From NCBI RefSeq assembly GCF_006345805.1, contig NC_043004.1, positions 89,466,001-89,530,000 of the forward strand: a stretch of 64,000 nucleotides of DNA. The letters are read 5' to 3'. This stretch comes from Octopus sinensis (taxonomy: Eukaryota). A program made the position numbers and the translations under genes. Under the pieces are notes generated by a model. That model had not been told where the DNA came from and searched no databases. It saw nothing but the letters and a program-made list of their open reading frames with translations. Below are positions 52,345-62,828 of this stretch, in pieces. Each line of letters begins with the position of its first letter. Position 1 is the stretch's first letter.

Positions 52345-53520
52345 CCGGAAAGTAGAGTATTATGTATCCGTCACGGTTGATCTTACCAATCGGTTTCGCG
52401 CAAGGAATACAATGGAGTGTTAGGTAACAATACGATTATATAACCTTACGCTCATCAGAGTTAACCGATATGGAAAGGAATATGACGACTGTTCTCTATT
52501 GTGGGGAGTGGATTAACACAACCGATTAGCGACTGGTGTGAAAAGGGTGATGAAATGAAAAAGGGCCAGGGGATTGGGTTAAAAGTTATGTCCCTTGGTT
52601 GGGTATTCTGTGAGGCCGGTAAGAGTTATCTTGAAGTGTTTGTGGGAGAAAGTGTGTATTATTAAGTGTGGTGTTCCTGTGGTGATGGGGTGTGTGATAT
52701 ATGTAATGGTGTCATATGCATCATTTTTCAGGCTGTGTAGGTATATATAGTTATGTTCATTGGTCTGTTTTCTTTCTGTAAAGGATAAGCTCGCGTGTGG
52801 GGGCGCTTTATGTTAGTGTGCTGTGTGTAATCTGTGTGGGGGGTACAATGTGTATGGAGGGGTATATGTTGGGGATGGTAGAAGACAGCTTATTTTGTGG
52901 GGTGTCCACCTTATAGGGGTGTGCGTGTGTGTAAATGGGTGCATTGGTATATGCTTTGGTCAAACCCTTTGCCCGACCCGAGGGCATTGGTGGAAGGCCG
53001 AGACCGGGGACTTGTGGTTGCAGTCATGGTAGGGTGCGGGGGTACAATAGGTCGTATTTCCTTTCATGTGGGTAAGGATTAAACACCTTACTCCTGGTAT
53101 TTATGTAAACATCCGGGAGTTGGGTGCCCTTTAAAATTGCTCTCTTCTCAGCCAGGCATAACCTGCATTCTCTACTGCTTTTGAAGTATGGTTTGCATTT
53201 CTCCAGGATCTTCTACTTTATGCTGTACCCTGTGGAGTTTTCTTTCAAAGACCAAACGTGCTTAGCTAGCGTAGTAGCATTATGTTTCTCTGGGATATCG
53301 AAGGAAGATTTCTGGTTGTTAAGGCGGGTTCTGAAGGAGCCTTCCGTTGCCCTACATACTTCTATATGCTCGGTTGTTCTTTGGGTCCTATGGCTGTTAC
53401 CTCTGCCTCGTATACAACTGCCTCCGTGTTACAGTGACTGTTCAACGGACGAGTTGTGTTACCCATGCATGAGCAGCCTGCTTCTGCCTCTGTCTCAAGT
53501 TTAGGCCTACCTACTGAAAT
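52345..53520 (-). mobile_element. 3' fragment of a Penelope-like retroelement (GIY-YIG endonuclease plus 3' UTR with hammerhead), decayed
   Basis: Translation across TAG stops and a frameshift: CSC...PLNSHC..VVYEAEV...KYVG..TEGSFRTRLNNQKSSF...TTLAKHVWSLK...CRLCLAEK...INTRS (about 53030-53510). Ends are approximate. Confidence 0.8.
52374..52467 (-). ncRNA. Type I hammerhead ribozyme, apparently intact
   Basis: Minus strand: CGGUU-AA-CU CUGAUGA GCGUAAGG [loop] CCUUGCGC GAAA CC-GAUU-GG UA^ AG-AUC-AACCG. The core is fully canonical, stem II has 8 bp, stem III is closed and the triplet is GUA. Predicted cut between 52384 and 52383. Confidence 0.85.
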
Positions 53521-56500
53521 CTTTTTTACACTAGATGCACAGCTAAAAGATAATCTCAGGGTATGTCTATTAGATATTTTGCTGAATCTATTAGTATGGG
53601 AGAAGTGTCAATCAACTATACCAAAGAAGAACTGACCTACTCTGGTTTTAGAGTTTAAAGAGAAGGGCGGCATGAACCACAGCACCTTCTGGTGGTACTT
53701 TCTCTCGGGGGGTGGGGGCTATTATCCTTGACTTGAAACTGCTGGCACACATATTCGCGCGCGTCTGTGTGTGTAAAAACTAACATTTCCTTTTCCAAGC
53801 TGAGATTCGAAACAACTGCTTCGAGTTGGCAAAGTAAAAATTAACAATAGGAGAAATATTGTGTCAACGTGATAAGGTAGAACCGGGCATGTTTTGTGTC
53901 TGTGTGTGCGTTGGTCATTCGGTTGTGTCTGTTTATGTTCTGCGACTACTACTGCATTGTGTCGTTCATGCCAAATATGTGGTTCTCTGTTGGCTGCTTG
54001 ACTGGCGCAAGCTGGCTGCTGTCTTTCGACCGTTTGCCTGTTACTGGCTGTCTGTCCATCTGTCGTGTGCCCGACAGTATTTATAATCTAGAAGAATAGA
54101 CATACCATAGGAGCAATTTCTACCTATGTAGGTTGCTTTCTGTCCACTTGAACCTTCAATGACACAGCTCAGATTGGAGGTCGAATGGAAATCCATCCAT
54201 CACTTTTGACAGGACAAAGAAATTTCTTTCGTGTCTGCTCGGCCGGTGGTGGATCAGGTGAGCGAGAATCCTTAGATTCGGTTTCGAATCTCAGCTTGGA
54301 AAAAGAAATGTTAGTTTAATATATTCTGTTGTGTCTCCCCAGACACAACAGAATATACTTCAACACACGAACACATATAAAGAATCTTGCAAACCAAATC
54401 CAAAAACGAAAATTAAAACACAAGTTTCACAATTTGCAAAGTAAATACAGCGATGTCACTTGACATACTACCTCGAGAAGGTCACTGCTATCGCTCAATG
54501 CGCACGCAACCGTGTGCAGCCATCTGTTGATGCCTTACAAAACTAGTCCAGAAACCTTTTGATACAGCCTTGTATATATAATGCGGAAGGCCAGTTTATG
54601 CGATTACCTTAGGTTTCCCATCCATAAAAGGTTTAACTTTATGGTGTATCATCAGATCCCAAAAGCCTGTTGGCCCATGACCTCTCTGATAGGAAGCATG
54701 TTTTGTGTCTATACCAGCTCTACACCCGGAGGAGCAGGTTCATGCCATCAAACAACATCATTGAGTATTATATATACGAACCGGTTAAATTGCTTAGGGT
54801 TTGGTTTGGTCTAGCTCTGCAGCGGAGAAGAAACAGGGTAAAGTGACGAGCAGGATGACTACATCCACCCAGAAATGTGCTGAGGAGGCCAACTCCGAAA
54901 AGTTGGACAGAGATAGCGAACACCTACATTGTCTCCTTCATCAGTTACCACTTGACAATCGTGCATTGCCCCAATTCACGTCCGACCAGACTGGAGTATC
55001 TACTCTACTGAGTGAAAAGGACAAATTCCACTGATCAGGCGCTCCATTTGCTTTCAATACCTGCTGCATGTTGCACTGGGCATGCTGTGGCTGATGATCC
55101 ACAGGCATGTACTGAGGTTGTAACATTTCCAGCATTTTCTTGATTAGGAAAGTTGTGGTTGCCATTTTTGTCAGACTCTTTAGAGTTGCTGCCTTGAATA
55201 AAAAACCGATGCAAGGTGTTTGGCATCATGAATTTCGTGAAGCTCTCACAACTCTCCACAAGTAAAGCAATACGGTAGATAGAAGCTTTACATTAGCGTT
55301 CTGTAATGGATTCGTGGAGGGCAAAAGCAAGAACATTCTCGGCGAAACTCTGGGCGTTGATGAAAATCAGCAAGCTGATCTGTTCCGAAAGACGTCAAGC
55401 CGATCCCATGAATAATGTCTAGGAATCTCTCGACATTGCTATCAGGGGGTGGTATTGCTGCTTCGAAATAAGCTCTACAGACAAGAAAGTGTTGTTTTGG
55501 GGGCCTGTCTGAGATGTGCGCAGGGCAACAAAACTGTTGTGCTAGCACTCGTCAGAAGCTGATCATTACTGATTTGCAGAGTTATGTTGAATAGCCGCTT
55601 TTAAATGTAAGGCTGATCCACAGGCTAGGGAACAGGGGGTGCAAGCGCACTCCCTAAAACTTTGCAGGTGGGGGCAATGAAAGCCCTTTGAACATCCTCC
55701 TGAAAAACTGGGTTTGCATCCCCTATGCAAATTTCGTTCCTGCACTTATGGATGGATCAGACTGTCGACAGAGTTGATTATTGTAGCTCGTCCTGCCGTC
55801 TTACTTTGGCGAGTAATGCAGGTAGCTTTTATCGGTATTTTAACCTTAGGGGAAAAGGTGTGGTGAATAAGACTGAAAGGGCTTAAAGATAGATACCTTC
55901 CTCTTTGTTCAAGTCCTTGTCAACTTTTTCAAGTTTCACTTAGAAAAGAAAATTAGGGTAGAGAGAGTAGTGCTGTCGCTCATTTAATTTCTTGAATGTA
56001 TGCGAGTGAGAAGCATGGTATGAATAAATGGGACTCTTCCGAGCATATGCTTGTAGATTAGAGACACAGCAGGGAGAGGGTGCTTGCCTTAGTGGTCAAG
56101 GTGACTTGTTTTTGAGAAGTTTCCATACAAGTAGTCATTGAAGATGTCTCTGCTTTGGGGAAAATTTTCTTTGTTTTGTTATTTCTCGTTTACTCATTTT
56201 TCATGTAACCCCACACTATCACCTCGTACCATCCTCAATTTTTTTGTCAACCTTTTGTGATTAATAAAGAATATTATTACTATAATTTTGCCGCCGAGAC
56301 CACTTTGCTTTCATCCTTTCGAGATCCGTACAGCAAATATCCACTGAGCACTAAGGTCGATATGTGATTGACTAACCCCCTATCCCACAAAATTTCAGAC
56401 CTTGTACCTATCGAAAAAATCAACTGCATTCACACCTGAAGAAAGATGTGCTCACAAAGTTTAAAATGTCCAACACGATATGAGTCAATGGAGACGCCCT

Positions 56501-56663
56501 CACATGTATGTGCGTATGTTTGTTTTCCCGCTTATTTTGCTTTATAATCATGATTTAAGCGACCTTGATTCACAAGCAACGTGACATCTGAAATGACCGA
56601 GCGCGTGAGAGGTTACCGCCGTTGATTTTATTCACTGAAGGTGTCTCTTTAAAAAGGTATATG

Positions 56664-56694
<31 letters not shown>

Positions 56695-56894
56695 ATTGTG
56701 GGGTTATGAGCCAGGTTTGGTTATAAAATTTACTGAGTTTTAGTTGGACTATTAGACAAAAAGTGAATGTTTTATGACGGTTAAGTTTCAGATTTGCCGT
56801 CTTAAATACCTCGTGAGAAAAGTTGAGACGTACTATGACAAATGTTTTTACAGAATTGTAATTTCCCATGTATGAAACAGGACGCCTGAAAATG

Positions 56895-57496
56895 GGTTAA
56901 TATCTAGATCCGCACCCGGTGGAAAAAATGGAAACTAAAATGTGTAACAGTTGTAAGGCATCGTATATTGACGGAATAAGACGGAAAAAAAGCGCGCTGA
57001 CAAACGGGGTTGGGGGGTGGGGGGCTCGGGAAATTCCCAGGATCAACCGTAGAGGATCATGGAAAAAAATATGTGTAACAGGTGTAAGGCATCGTATATT
57101 GAAGGAATATGACGAAAACAAAGCGCGCTGACAAACGGGGGGGGGGGGCTCGGAAAATTGCCTACGATTTAAAGAAAAATTTACCATCAATTTTCACCAT
57201 TGTGTTTCTGATTCGCGACCCCATGTCGAATTTATCGATTTTTTTCAGAACTGTGGGAACTTTTCAAAATTTTCGTGCGTTAGTTTTGAATTATGACATT
57301 GGGCTATGTGTGTGAAATGCGTTTAAAATGGTGAAATTGATGGTAAATTTTTCTTTAATCGTAGGCAATTTCCGAGCCCCCCCCCCCCGTTGTCAGCGCG
57401 CTTTGTTTTTGTCATATTCCTCAATATACGATGCCTTACACCTGTTACACATATTTTTTCCATTTTTCCCACCGGGTGCGGATCTAGATATTAACC
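56895..57496. mobile_element. Foldback/MITE with long inverted arms and an internal duplication in the left arm
   Basis: Termini ggTTAAtatctagatccgcacccggtgg and ccaccgggtgcggatctagataTTAAcc. An approximately 130-bp unit is repeated twice on the left and occurs once on the right. Confidence 0.85.
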
Positions 57497-58499
57497 GCTA
57501 AGGAGATTCCATTGGTATCTTGAATGTCATATTGGAATATGTTTTGTATGTGCCCTTCACTGCTTTTCCCTACTCAGTTCGACTCCCTAAATGTAGATAG
57601 GACAGTACTCCACCGTATCCCTTAGAACTGCGATTGTCTTGGGGTTTTTTTTTTACGCTTATTAGTTCTGAAGGGACGGGCAGGGCCTATGTCCTTCGCA
57701 GACATCCCACTCACGAAACGGGTAACATCGCGACCATTAACTTTTGCTTAACTTGTAGAAACAACATGAATAGAGAGATAAGTTCAGAGGACTGATGTTC
57801 GTATAGAGAAGGACCGCATGCAGTAGATTGTGCGTGGCTTATGAACACAACCTGGATTATGAAAGATGAGGTGGGATGGATACTGCATCTCCTGTTGCCT
57901 AATCACCTCTTATTTTCTTTTTCTTTTCTTTGTTTCCTTGCAATTAAATTGTGATTCCAACTTTATGTAAATAAAACTTTTTTTTTAAATTTTAGATTAA
58001 AATTTTTATTGCCTTCACTGTATTTACCGGAGGTTAATGCTGTTTTGCCCCTCTCCTAGAAAACTGTATAAAAAAAAAAATTCTTTCGGATTCCTACGTG
58101 TTTGATGTCGAAGATTACGAATAGGCAAAAAAAAAACCTTTTTTTTTTTAAATTTCACATCCACCTCTTAAATTTTTTATTTTGTTTACTTTAAAGAGAT
58201 CGTAGCGAATTGACGAACATATGCAAATCGAAATTAAATACAGACGAAAACATTAAAGTGAAAAGAATTTGCGTTTTACTTGTGTTTGCCTTAAATAATT
58301 GTAAATAATAATTTAATGTAAATTAAATATACACCGTTTTATGAGAAACAATGTTTAATCATAATTGTTATAAAGTTTAATAAGGTGTTCAAATTTCACC
58401 CCCTCTCCCAATTTTAAATTTTGAACTTTTTCATCCATTTATTTATTTGTCTGTCTATTTATCTCTGTCCGTTTATTCATGAAATATATTTGTCATTTG

Positions 58500-58795
58500 T
58501 GGAAGCACATGGTCTAGTAGCTAGAGCAGCGGACTCGCGGGTTCGAGTCTCAGACCGGGCGATGTGTGTGCTTATGAGCGAAACACTTAAGCTCCACGTG
58601 GCCCCGGCAGAAGGTAATGGCGAACTTCTGCTGAGTCTTTCGCCACAACTTCCTCTCACCCTTTCTTCCTGCGTCTTGCAGCTCACCTGTGACGGACCGG
58701 CGTCCCGTCCAGGTGAGGAGCCTATACGCCAAGGAAACCGGGAAACCTGCCCTTATGAGCCAAGCATGGCTCGAGAAGGAACAAACAATATTTGT
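58500..58795 (+). mobile_element. tRNA-derived SINE, further family
   Basis: Head gaagcacatggtctagtagctagagcagcggactcgcgggttcgagtc. Related sequence at about 15165-15525 and 37225-37370. Confidence 0.7.
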
Positions 58796-59614
58796 CAACT
58801 AAATGTGGCGGTCCTATAGAAGAGTGTTACTGTTGCTTTTAGCCACAGAAAGATATTCATATCTATCTCTTTATACAGATACCTATATGCTTATTGAATT
58901 TAAAATTTTGAAAATGTGGTTGTGGGTGTGTTTTTTTGCATATTCGTAATCTCTGACATCTAAAACGTAGGGATCTGAAAAGATTCTTTTAAAAACATAC
59001 ATTCTTCAAGGAGAGGTGCAAAACTGCATTAGCCCCATTTACCGTTTTACAAAATCAAACTGGAAAACTGGACAAAATAGAGAACACTATTGAAAAAATT
59101 AAAAAGAAAAAACGGAAAAAAAAAAAAGAGAGAAAAGGAAAAATACAAAAAACAACAACCGATTCACCACCTTGGGTTGAAAAGTTGGGGATGCTGTGAA
59201 ACCTTTCTCGTGTTTATTGAGACACGCCAGCACGCTTGCAGTGTTGCTGTGGGTGATTGCAAGGCTGATGCCCTGGAACAGCCAGGTGCTCACATGAGCC
59301 TCACCAATTACCTCTGCAAGGCAATAAAAATTTTAATTTAAAATAAAAAGAATTTTAAATGTAAATAAGACTAGTTTTGTTAGTTTGAAAAGTTAAAAAA
59401 AAAGACGCGTGGATTAGACCCTCCTCCTATTGTTTCTGTTTATAATTTTAAAATATAAGAGAGCTTGAGGTCATTGGGCAGAGGTAAAGAATACGCACAC
59501 CCCCTGTTTTCGGTGTAACAAAACCCTTAACCCTATAATGAGTATGAAGGTTTAGATACCTGTGGAGTATCTCCTTCTCCCATTGTAAATGCTTTGTAGT
59601 TTCAGGGAGCTGGA

Positions 59615-60000
59615 ATCATCATCATCATCATCATTTAGTGTCCGCTTTCCATGCTAGCATGGGTTGGACAGTTCAACTGGGGTCTGTGAAGCCAGAAGGC
59701 TGCATCAGGCCCAGTCTGATCTGGCAGTGTTTCTACGACTGGATGCCCTTCCTAATGCCAACCACTCCGTGAGTGTAGTGGGTGCTTTTTACGTGCCACC
59801 CGCACAGGTGCCAGACGGAGCTGGCAAACGGCCACGAACGGATGGTGCTTTTACGTGCCACCTGCACGGGGGCCAGGCGAGGCTGGCAACGGCCACGAAT
59901 GGATGGTGCTACGTGCCAGGCCAGGCTGGCAACGGACACGAACGTATGGAGGCCAGTCGGGGCGGCGCTGGCAATGGCCACGATTGGATGGTTCGCTTAA
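59615..60000 (-). mobile_element. SINE with (GAT)n tail and 3 minisatellite units
   Basis: catcatcatttagtgtccgctttccatgctagcatgggttggac... Other copies at about 8690-9200, 21320-21510, 22475-22765, 33235-33640, 36140-36505, 40380-40860 and 43095-43300. Confidence 0.85.
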
Positions 60001-60849
60001 CCACAGCTGCAATTTCCATTGATGTTGATCGACTTCGATTTTGGTTCTGCTTTCTGATATCTGATTTGATTTGGTTTGATTTTGATTTTGATTTTCACTT
60101 GTCTCAGAATTCTACACACAGCTTTACAGACAGCTGTTCCAGTCACAACCAGTGCAACCACATGGCCATGGTGCAGTGTGAGTGAGATTTTTATGGCTTT
60201 CTTTGACAAATATGCTAAAAAAAATATGAAATGGAAATAAACTACAAATCTGATTTAGCACAACTGCTGTGGGTGCAGAGGTAGCCTTGAAAAAAGTATG
60301 TAAGTGGTTGTGTAGAAAGACGTTTGCTTGCAAACCACATGGTTCTAAGTTCAATCCCACTACATAGCACCTGGGGCAAACATCTACTACAGCCTCAGGA
60401 CGACCAAAGTCTTGTCAGTAGATTTAGTCCACAGAAACTGAAAGAAGCCCGTGGTATATGTGTTTCTTTGTATCCCACCGCCACTTGACAATTGATGTTG
60501 GTGTGTTCAAATCTCTGTGACTTAACAGTTCAGCAGAAATGACTGACAGAATAAATACCAGACTTGAAAAGAAAAATAAGAACAGAAGTCGATTCATTCG
60601 ACTAGAAATTTTTCAAGACAGTGCTCCAGCATGACCACCTAATAACTAAAACAAGTAAATGACAAAAATTACAAAGTATAAAACTCCACAAAAACAAAAA
60701 CTGCAACCTACGTTCCAGCTGTACTCTTGGTATCAAGTTCAGTCTTCAACATGTCTCTTTCTTTCTGTAAATCCTCTATTTCTGATTGCCAATTTATCCA
60801 TTGAAGCTTGATTGCCAATTTGTTATGTCTGTGCGAAGTGAAGTGATGA

Positions 60850-61400
60850 GAATGTTAGGGGAAACATGGTTCATGAAGGCCTTCTTTACACCTCTAACAC
60901 ATGGTCCTGCACCTTTTCGTCCTCGAGGCATTCTCCTGTCACTAGACACAACAGTCCTTTTCTTTGTTTTGAGGGATGGTGACCATGCCTCTAGTCTCCT
61001 CAGAGGGACCATTCCTCTGGTCCGTGTAGTCTTTGATCAAAGCCTCAACAACCAAAACACAAAACCTGTATTGAGGCATGGCATGTCTATCTGATGTGTG
61101 CTCCTTGTAAAGTATACACGAGTTCTGCAGCATTATGGAGAGAACATTGAAAGTTCCTTTTTTACAGCATTTTGGTGTCCTCCTCTCATCTAGATAGCTG
61201 TACAGCATCATGTCACCCTGGTCTACCCCAACATGTACTTGTTGTAAGCAAGCACAGAGAAGTGCTTGTCAACATGTGCTGCAACTCCACAGGTTTGGTC
61301 TCGTTTTCTCACTTCCACCTGCTGTCTCCCAGCTTTCTTCTTGGTAGAGAGCAACAGCACAGCATTTTGGGGGGGACTTCTTGCAGAAAGCTGTGACCAA
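60850..61400 (-). mobile_element. piggyBac transposase C-terminal fragment, decayed
   Basis: AYNKYMLG-VDQGDMMLYSYLDERRT-K-KK...NSCILYK...EKDCCV followed by a Cys-rich tail broken by a frameshift. Confidence 0.78.
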
Positions 61401-61499
61401 GATTTGTCCCTGTCTGAAGTTCAGACTCTCACCTGGTGTTAGCTGTACTTTTAGGCCTTTTGAAAGCTCCTTTCTATTTCTCTGAACAGTCAGTTCATG

Positions 61500-62088
61500 G
61501 ATGGGTAATAAAAAATTGTTGACATAAATCCTTTCTTTCAGGTATCCCTATAAGAAAAAAATCTGGGCTAGTCAAGTTTGGGAAACGTGAAGGCCAGTTG
61601 ACATTGCCATAGTAGATTATTCTATCTCCAAAGCACTGCCATAGCAACTGTATTGTTTCTCTTGCAGTATGAGCAGTTGCCCCATCTTGCTGGAACCATG
61701 TGTGAGGTCTACTTTGACTGGCCTTGACTAGCTTGGATTTTTTCTTGTGAGGATACCTGAAAGAGAGGGTTTACGTCAATAAACCAAAGACCCTGGTGCA
61801 ACTGGAGGAGAAATGCAATAGAGAAATCAGAGAAGTGGGGTCTGAAGCCCTTAAGGGTGTTATGGTACAAATTTTGGAAAGAGCACAGATATGTGAAGCC
61901 AAAAATGGCTGCCATTTAAGCAATGTCATTTTTCATATGTGATATAGTGGTGTTGCAAAATTTGACTTGTGCATATTAATTTCCATTATGTCCTTTATAT
62001 TGTATCAAAATTTCATGCATTTATTTGTAAAGTTAAGGAAGTTATTAAGAAGTGAAACCCATCAGTGACTTTTGGGACACCCTGTATA
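61500..62088. mobile_element. Tc1/mariner-like non-autonomous remnant
   Basis: Ends in cttttgggacaccctgTA, the reverse complement of a TA-cagggtgtcccaaaag type terminus. The left end is not defined. Confidence 0.5.
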
Positions 62089-62648
62089 TCTTCTGAAGGT
62101 TTCAATCTTGGGAGATTTAAATTTTTGTACCAGTTTCAACACCATTAAGTCTTGCTGAATTAAAGGTACTTTTTTTTTCTTCCAAATAACGAAGAATCAA
62201 AATTTAATTTAAGTTTGATAGAATAAGTAATCCAACTCCATTTTATCTAATTTAACCTCTTTATTGTTTTTCATTATTTTGGTTCACTGTCAGAATATCC
62301 CTAATATCTTACAATTGCTATATATTTCAAGGTGTCTGATGATATTGAACCCACAAACTAAAGATTGAAGACTGGCATTACCAAGGACACTGAGAATCTT
62401 GTTTATACAACTTAAGTTCTACCACTGAAATATTTCCTTTGAATTGCAAGTAATATTTGATAATGACTGCACATATGTAACTCTAACATGGTTTCTGTGA
62501 TGGTGTAACATCAAAATTTACTGAGATTTTCTTTTTGTCTTAAAGACTTTGAAGAAAGTATATCTTTTTTATTGAAAATATTTAAAGAAATATTTCCTTG
62601 ATGCAAATTCCAGGAGTATTTTTTTTTATTTTGTGAAGAAAATTTGTT

Positions 62649-62828
62649 ATGGAGGAGAAACTGAGTAAGAGTCAAGTTCATAATGAGAGACGATCTAATA
62701 ATAATGGTGTTTCACATCAAATAAAGTAGACATCATACATGTGTGGCATCTGTGGGGAGTCTTTTAAAATGCAAAAATGTTTAATTTAACATCAGCCTTT
62801 GTACACAGATTCTGAACTCTATGACTGA
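62649..62828 (+). pseudogene. Disrupted former N-terminus of the zinc-finger gene
   Basis: ATG 62649 MEEKLSKSQVHNERRSNNNGVSHQIK, TAG at 62727, relic finger YMCGICGESF, TAA at 62787, then an apparent 2-nt deletion (tatgac-tgatatt) giving TGA at 62826 and a shift into the downstream frame. Confidence 0.7.

Noticed and set aside
53030-53510. Selenocysteine read-through of the Penelope endonuclease stops
   Set aside because: The in-frame stops are TAG, not TGA, and there is also a frameshift, so this is ordinary decay.
54400-56150. Possible Gypsy gag/protease remnant on the minus strand
   Set aside because: Only vague similarity. I could not identify a paired LTR, PBS, PPT or catalytic motif. 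A profile search (HHpred or translated RepeatMasker) would be needed.
56530-56660. CpG-rich patch as a bidirectional promoter for RCHY1 and the zinc-finger gene
   Set aside because: No diagnostic motif. It cannot be supported without TSS data.
62727-62828. Rescue of the zinc-finger N-terminus by A-to-I editing of stop codons
   Set aside because: Editing could convert UAG (and UAA with two edits) to Trp but cannot repair the frameshift.
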